Shown in pieces: positions 60,479 to 64,000 of a DNA stretch of 64,000 nucleotides (position 1 is its first letter; each line of letters starts with the position of its first letter). The notes beneath the pieces were generated by a model. That model was not told where the DNA came from. It saw nothing but the letters and a program-made list of their open reading frames with translations, and did no database searches. The stretch lies in assembly GCA_965242925.1 (NCBI GenBank), contig CBDEUM010000018.1, positions 65,041 through 129,040 of the forward strand. Reading direction: 5' to 3'. The stretch comes from Roseibacillus sp. GTDB lineage: Bacteria; Verrucomicrobiota; Verrucomicrobiia; Verrucomicrobiales; Akkermansiaceae. The position numbers were made by a program, and so were the translations under genes.

Positions 60479-60622
60479 GCCGTGAAACCAAGCTGTGTGG
60501 AGGAGCCCCCGGAAGAGATCCTCCAAGATTGCGAGTGGCGCGACTGGGAATCCGGGTTACCTTTGCGGGGCTAGGTGATGCTGAACCGGATGCCTGCCAG
60601 GGACCGATCTTCTCTTTCGGAC

Positions 60623-61972
60623 ATGATATTCTCCAGGGTTTCGCCGACTGTCCTCCTCCCCGGGATCATTCTCTTGCTGAGTGCTGCCAACCTTCCTGCC
60701 ATCATCTTCTTTGACACGGGCGATCCCGCTCATAACCGGGAGACGGCGCCCACCGGGCAGCTGGCGAACTCCGGATGGCAGTTCCAGGGAGAATACAAGG
60801 AGTTCCTCGGGACGATGATCTCTCCCCGGCATTTCATCACTGCCGTCCACATCGGCAAGGGGCCGACCACCTTTGTCCAGAAACCCTGGTTCACCGGTGA
60901 GGCTGGTGACCGGGTTTATTATATAAATCCCAACTTCAACAACGGGAACGGTTCCCGGGATATTCCCGGGACGGATCTGCGTATCTTTGAAGTCTATGGT
61001 CAGTTTCCGGCCTATGCCCCGCTTTACACCACCTCTGACGAGGCCGGGAGACAGGTCGTTATGATGGGGCGGGGGAAGTCCCGGGGGGTGGAGGTGACCA
61101 GGCTAGGGCAGACGCGTGGATGGCTCTGGGCACCTGGAGACAACCGGGTGCGCTGGGGGACGAACACAATTGATGGTTTCTCCAATGCAGGAGGGAGGGG
61201 GCCTATGATGGTGACTGACTTCGACGATGTGGTGGGGAGCGATGAATGCCAGGCGGCCTTTGGTGATTCTGGTGGGGCGGCTTTCATCAAAAGGGCTGGC
61301 AGGTGGAGGTTGGCCGGTATTTTCTTCGCGGCAGATTCCGTTTATGACACCAACTCGACCTGTGGGGACGGGTCAGAGTTTTTCGCGTCCATGTTCAATG
61401 GGGCGGGCTTTTTTATTGGTGGCGATAATACCGCCTGTGACAACTGGACGTTGGTCACGGCCGCAAACGACCTGGATGAGAGCCGGGCCTACGCAAGCCG
61501 GATCAGTGCCCATGCGCAGGCGATACAGGCTATCGTCCAGCCGGCTTTTGACGATGAGGCCAAGACGTCTCGCCAGCGTTTCAACGAGTGGCTGGCGGGG
61601 TATGGGGTGGGGAATGGGCTGGAACCAGATGATGATGCAGAGCTCGATAGCTGGCCAAACGTCCTGGAATATCTCGCGGGCCTTGATCCTTCCGCGGGAG
61701 ATGCACCCCGTCGCCCGTTCCTGCTGGAGGGGCAACCGGGGAAGATTCGTTTCACGGTGCGGATTCGTCTTGATGCCCTGGCGCGGGGATTGAGTTGGGA
61801 AATCCAGGGAGCGAATGATCTTGAAAGTGGGAGCTTCCAGGCGGTGAACGGGTTAACCCAGGTCGGGCTTACGCGTTCTCTGGGCGAGGGGATGGAGACC
61901 CTGGAGTACGAAATCGATCGGCCCGCCGATGCTCGTATGTTCTACCGGTTGGAGGTAACGCTGGGACCGTAG
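60623..61972 (+). CDS. Secreted trypsin-like serine protease with a Verrucomicrobia-type C-terminal domain
   Basis: Catalytic triad motifs FITAVH, TDLRIF and GDSGG; signal peptide; NVLEYLAGLDP and terminal FYRLEV. Confidence 0.8.
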   Translation: MIFSRVSPTVLLPGIILLLSAANLPAIIFFDTGDPAHNRETAPTGQLANSGWQFQGEYKEFLGTMISPRHFITAVHIGKGPTTFVQKPWFTGEAGDRVYYINPNFNNGNGSRDIPGTDLRIFEVYGQFPAYAPLYTTSDEAGRQVVMMGRGKSRGVEVTRLGQTRGWLWAPGDNRVRWGTNTIDGFSNAGGRGPMMVTDFDDVVGSDECQAAFGDSGGAAFIKRAGRWRLAGIFFAADSVYDTNSTCGDGSEFFASMFNGAGFFIGGDNTACDNWTLVTAANDLDESRAYASRISAHAQAIQAIVQPAFDDEAKTSRQRFNEWLAGYGVGNGLEPDDDAELDSWPNVLEYLAGLDPSAGDAPRRPFLLEGQPGKIRFTVRIRLDALARGLSWEIQGANDLESGSFQAVNGLTQVGLTRSLGEGMETLEYEIDRPADARMFYRLEVTLGP

Positions 61973-62081
61973 GAACGGTGAGGAGAGCAAGGAAAACCTG
62001 ACCGGGTGACACGGAGGCAAGCTGTGAACCAGTGATTTGACCGGTCCCCGGTTGGCACCGAGACTTGCCACCCTGCTCACC

Positions 62082-63902
62082 ATGGTGTCCCATGCCCCCA
62101 TGCCGTCGGAGGAACCGTCCGGGAAGGAGTGTCGGAGCAAGCGCGTGTCGGCGCTCTCCTTTTACGGGTATCTCAATCGCTATCGCGCGATCTTCATTCC
62201 CTCCCTCGTCGCGTTATTCGTCACGGCGGGACTCTCCCTTGCCTTTCCCTACTATCTCAGCAAGCTCATCGGCAGTCCGACCGGATCCTTCGCAGAGGCG
62301 CTGAAATCGACCGGGGCGATCGATATCAAGAGCGTTACCGCCAACATCAACAGGACGGTTCTGACTCTCCTTGTCATTCTGGCAGTCCAGTCCATCATCG
62401 CTTACTGGCGGGTTCGTGGTTTTATCAAGGCCGGAGAGAGTGCTCTTAATGATATCCGCTGCGATGTTTTTGCGCGGCTTGTGCATCTGCCGGTGGAATT
62501 CTTTCAGAGACATCGTGCCGGCGAGTTGAGTAATCGTGTCTCAGCCGATCTCGCGGTCCTGCGGGAAACCCTTCTGACCACTGTTCCGCAACTCGCAAGG
62601 CAGTCAGTTATCCTGCTGGGTGGGCTGATCTTCATTTTCATCATGAGTTGGAAACTTTCCCTCTTCATGCTGGCAATGATTCCGGTGGTGATTCTCGCAG
62701 TTGCGATCTTCGGGCGGCGGGTGCGCTCCTATTCGCGTGGTGCCCAGGACAGCCTGGCATCCAGTGGAGTGGTTCTGGAGGAGAGCACGCAGGGGATTGC
62801 GGAGTTGAAGGCTTACGGCAACGAAGCCCATGAAGAGGCTCGCTATCGGTCTGCCCTCGGCGAGTATCTTACCGTGGTCATCCGGGGGGCGAAGGTTCGT
62901 GCGCTCTTTGTCTCATTTATCATCTTCGTCCTCTTCGGCAGTGTCTCAGTGGTAGCCTGGTTCGGGGCCGGCATGCTGGCGCGGGGTGAGATTACGACCT
63001 TTGAGTTCACGGCCTTCATCCTCTTCAGTGTTTTCGTGGGGGCGTCCCTTGGGGCTTTCCCCGAGATCGTGAGCCAGATTCAGAAGGCCAACGGTGCCAC
63101 CGAGCGGTTGCGTGAGATCCTGGGGGAAGAGCCTGAAGCAACGACCGGTGGGGAGGCGCCCTTTGAAGTGCTGGGTGCGGTGGAGGCGCAGAACGTGAGT
63201 TTTGCCTATCCCTCGCGTCCTGAGAAATCAGTCCTCGACGGAGTCTCCTTCCGGGCCGAAAGCAGCGAGCGAATTGCCTTTGTCGGCCAGAGTGGAGCGG
63301 GTAAATCCACCCTCTTTTCGCTGCTCCTGCGTTTTTACGATCCCCAGGATGGGGCTCTTCTTATTGATGGTGACCCTGTCGCTGAACTTCCCCTTGTGAC
63401 CTTGCGCGGAGCGATGGCCCTCGTTCCGCAGGACGTTCTCCTCTTTGGGGGCTCGGTGGGGGAAAATATCGGGTATGGCAACCCGGAAGCCACCCGGGAG
63501 GACATTGAAGAGGCGGCTCGCAAAGCTCACGCCCATGACTTCATCAGCGGGTTTCCCGAGGGCTACGAGACCACGGTCGGACCACGTGGGGTGAAGTTGA
63601 GTGGCGGTCAGCGGCAGCGGATTGCGATCGCCCGCGCTATTCTTGCCGATCCGAAAATTCTTCTGCTGGATGAGGCCACCAGTGCTCTCGACTCGGAGAG
63701 CGAGCGTCTCGTGCAGGAAGCCCTGGATGAACTGATGAAGGGTCGCACCAGTCTGATTATTGCGCACCGCCTGGGGACCGTGAAACACGCTGATCGAATT
63801 TATGTCCTGCAGGATGGCAAGATCGTGGAATCCGGAACTCACAACGAACTGATCACCGCGGGGGGGACTTACCGTCTCCTGGCAGAGACGCAACTGCTGT
63901 AG
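62082..63902 (+). CDS. ABC exporter, fused permease/ATPase (MsbA-like)
   Basis: TM domain; GQSGAGKS, LSGGQRQR, DEATSALD and IAHR motifs. Start is uncertain. Confidence 0.92.
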   Translation: MVSHAPMPSEEPSGKECRSKRVSALSFYGYLNRYRAIFIPSLVALFVTAGLSLAFPYYLSKLIGSPTGSFAEALKSTGAIDIKSVTANINRTVLTLLVILAVQSIIAYWRVRGFIKAGESALNDIRCDVFARLVHLPVEFFQRHRAGELSNRVSADLAVLRETLLTTVPQLARQSVILLGGLIFIFIMSWKLSLFMLAMIPVVILAVAIFGRRVRSYSRGAQDSLASSGVVLEESTQGIAELKAYGNEAHEEARYRSALGEYLTVVIRGAKVRALFVSFIIFVLFGSVSVVAWFGAGMLARGEITTFEFTAFILFSVFVGASLGAFPEIVSQIQKANGATERLREILGEEPEATTGGEAPFEVLGAVEAQNVSFAYPSRPEKSVLDGVSFRAESSERIAFVGQSGAGKSTLFSLLLRFYDPQDGALLIDGDPVAELPLVTLRGAMALVPQDVLLFGGSVGENIGYGNPEATREDIEEAARKAHAHDFISGFPEGYETTVGPRGVKLSGGQRQRIAIARAILADPKILLLDEATSALDSESERLVQEALDELMKGRTSLIIAHRLGTVKHADRIYVLQDGKIVESGTHNELITAGGTYRLLAETQLL

Positions 63903-64000
63903 GCCATCAGGAAGAGGGGGAAGGGGGAGCAGGGCAAAATCGTTCAAGCATTTGCCCTTCGGGATCCTGAGGTCCCAGAGGCGTTGGTGTTGAAAGGGCC

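Overview
GC-rich bacterial chromosome segment, almost certainly from a member of the Verrucomicrobiota (PVC superphylum). The basis is the PVC-type small basic protein, two DUF1549/DUF1553 cytochrome-c + DUF1501 gene pairs, a DUF1080 gene and Verrucomicrobia-style secreted proteins. Most of it is core genome: polA; a kdsA-lptC/A-like-lptB-hpf-hprK-ptsH-ptsI cluster; lptD, mpl, acs, a pseudouridine synthase, sufT, folD, yaaA, mtnP, cdsA, dxr, an MsbA-like exporter, and M16 and M32 peptidases. A tRNA-Ser(CGA) at 43454-43545 is followed by an accessory-looking block with gene remnants, a DUF1553/DUF1501 pair and a small sugar or nucleoside catabolic cluster. I see no integrase, transposase, reverse transcriptase or CRISPR array. 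The best leads are: (1) an 836-aa protein in the lptC/lptA position that looks like one LptC-like domain fused to three LptA-like repeats; (2) a 182-nt structured intergenic RNA candidate with two alternative folds; (3) a heme-protein/DUF1501/TPR/secreted-protein operon of unknown function; (4) a secreted tandem-LamG protein with a recent in-frame duplication; (5) a possible shared C-terminal sorting domain; and (6) an SDR gene that needs a non-canonical start codon. All family assignments come from motif recognition by eye, not database searches, and start codons I adjusted are best guesses.
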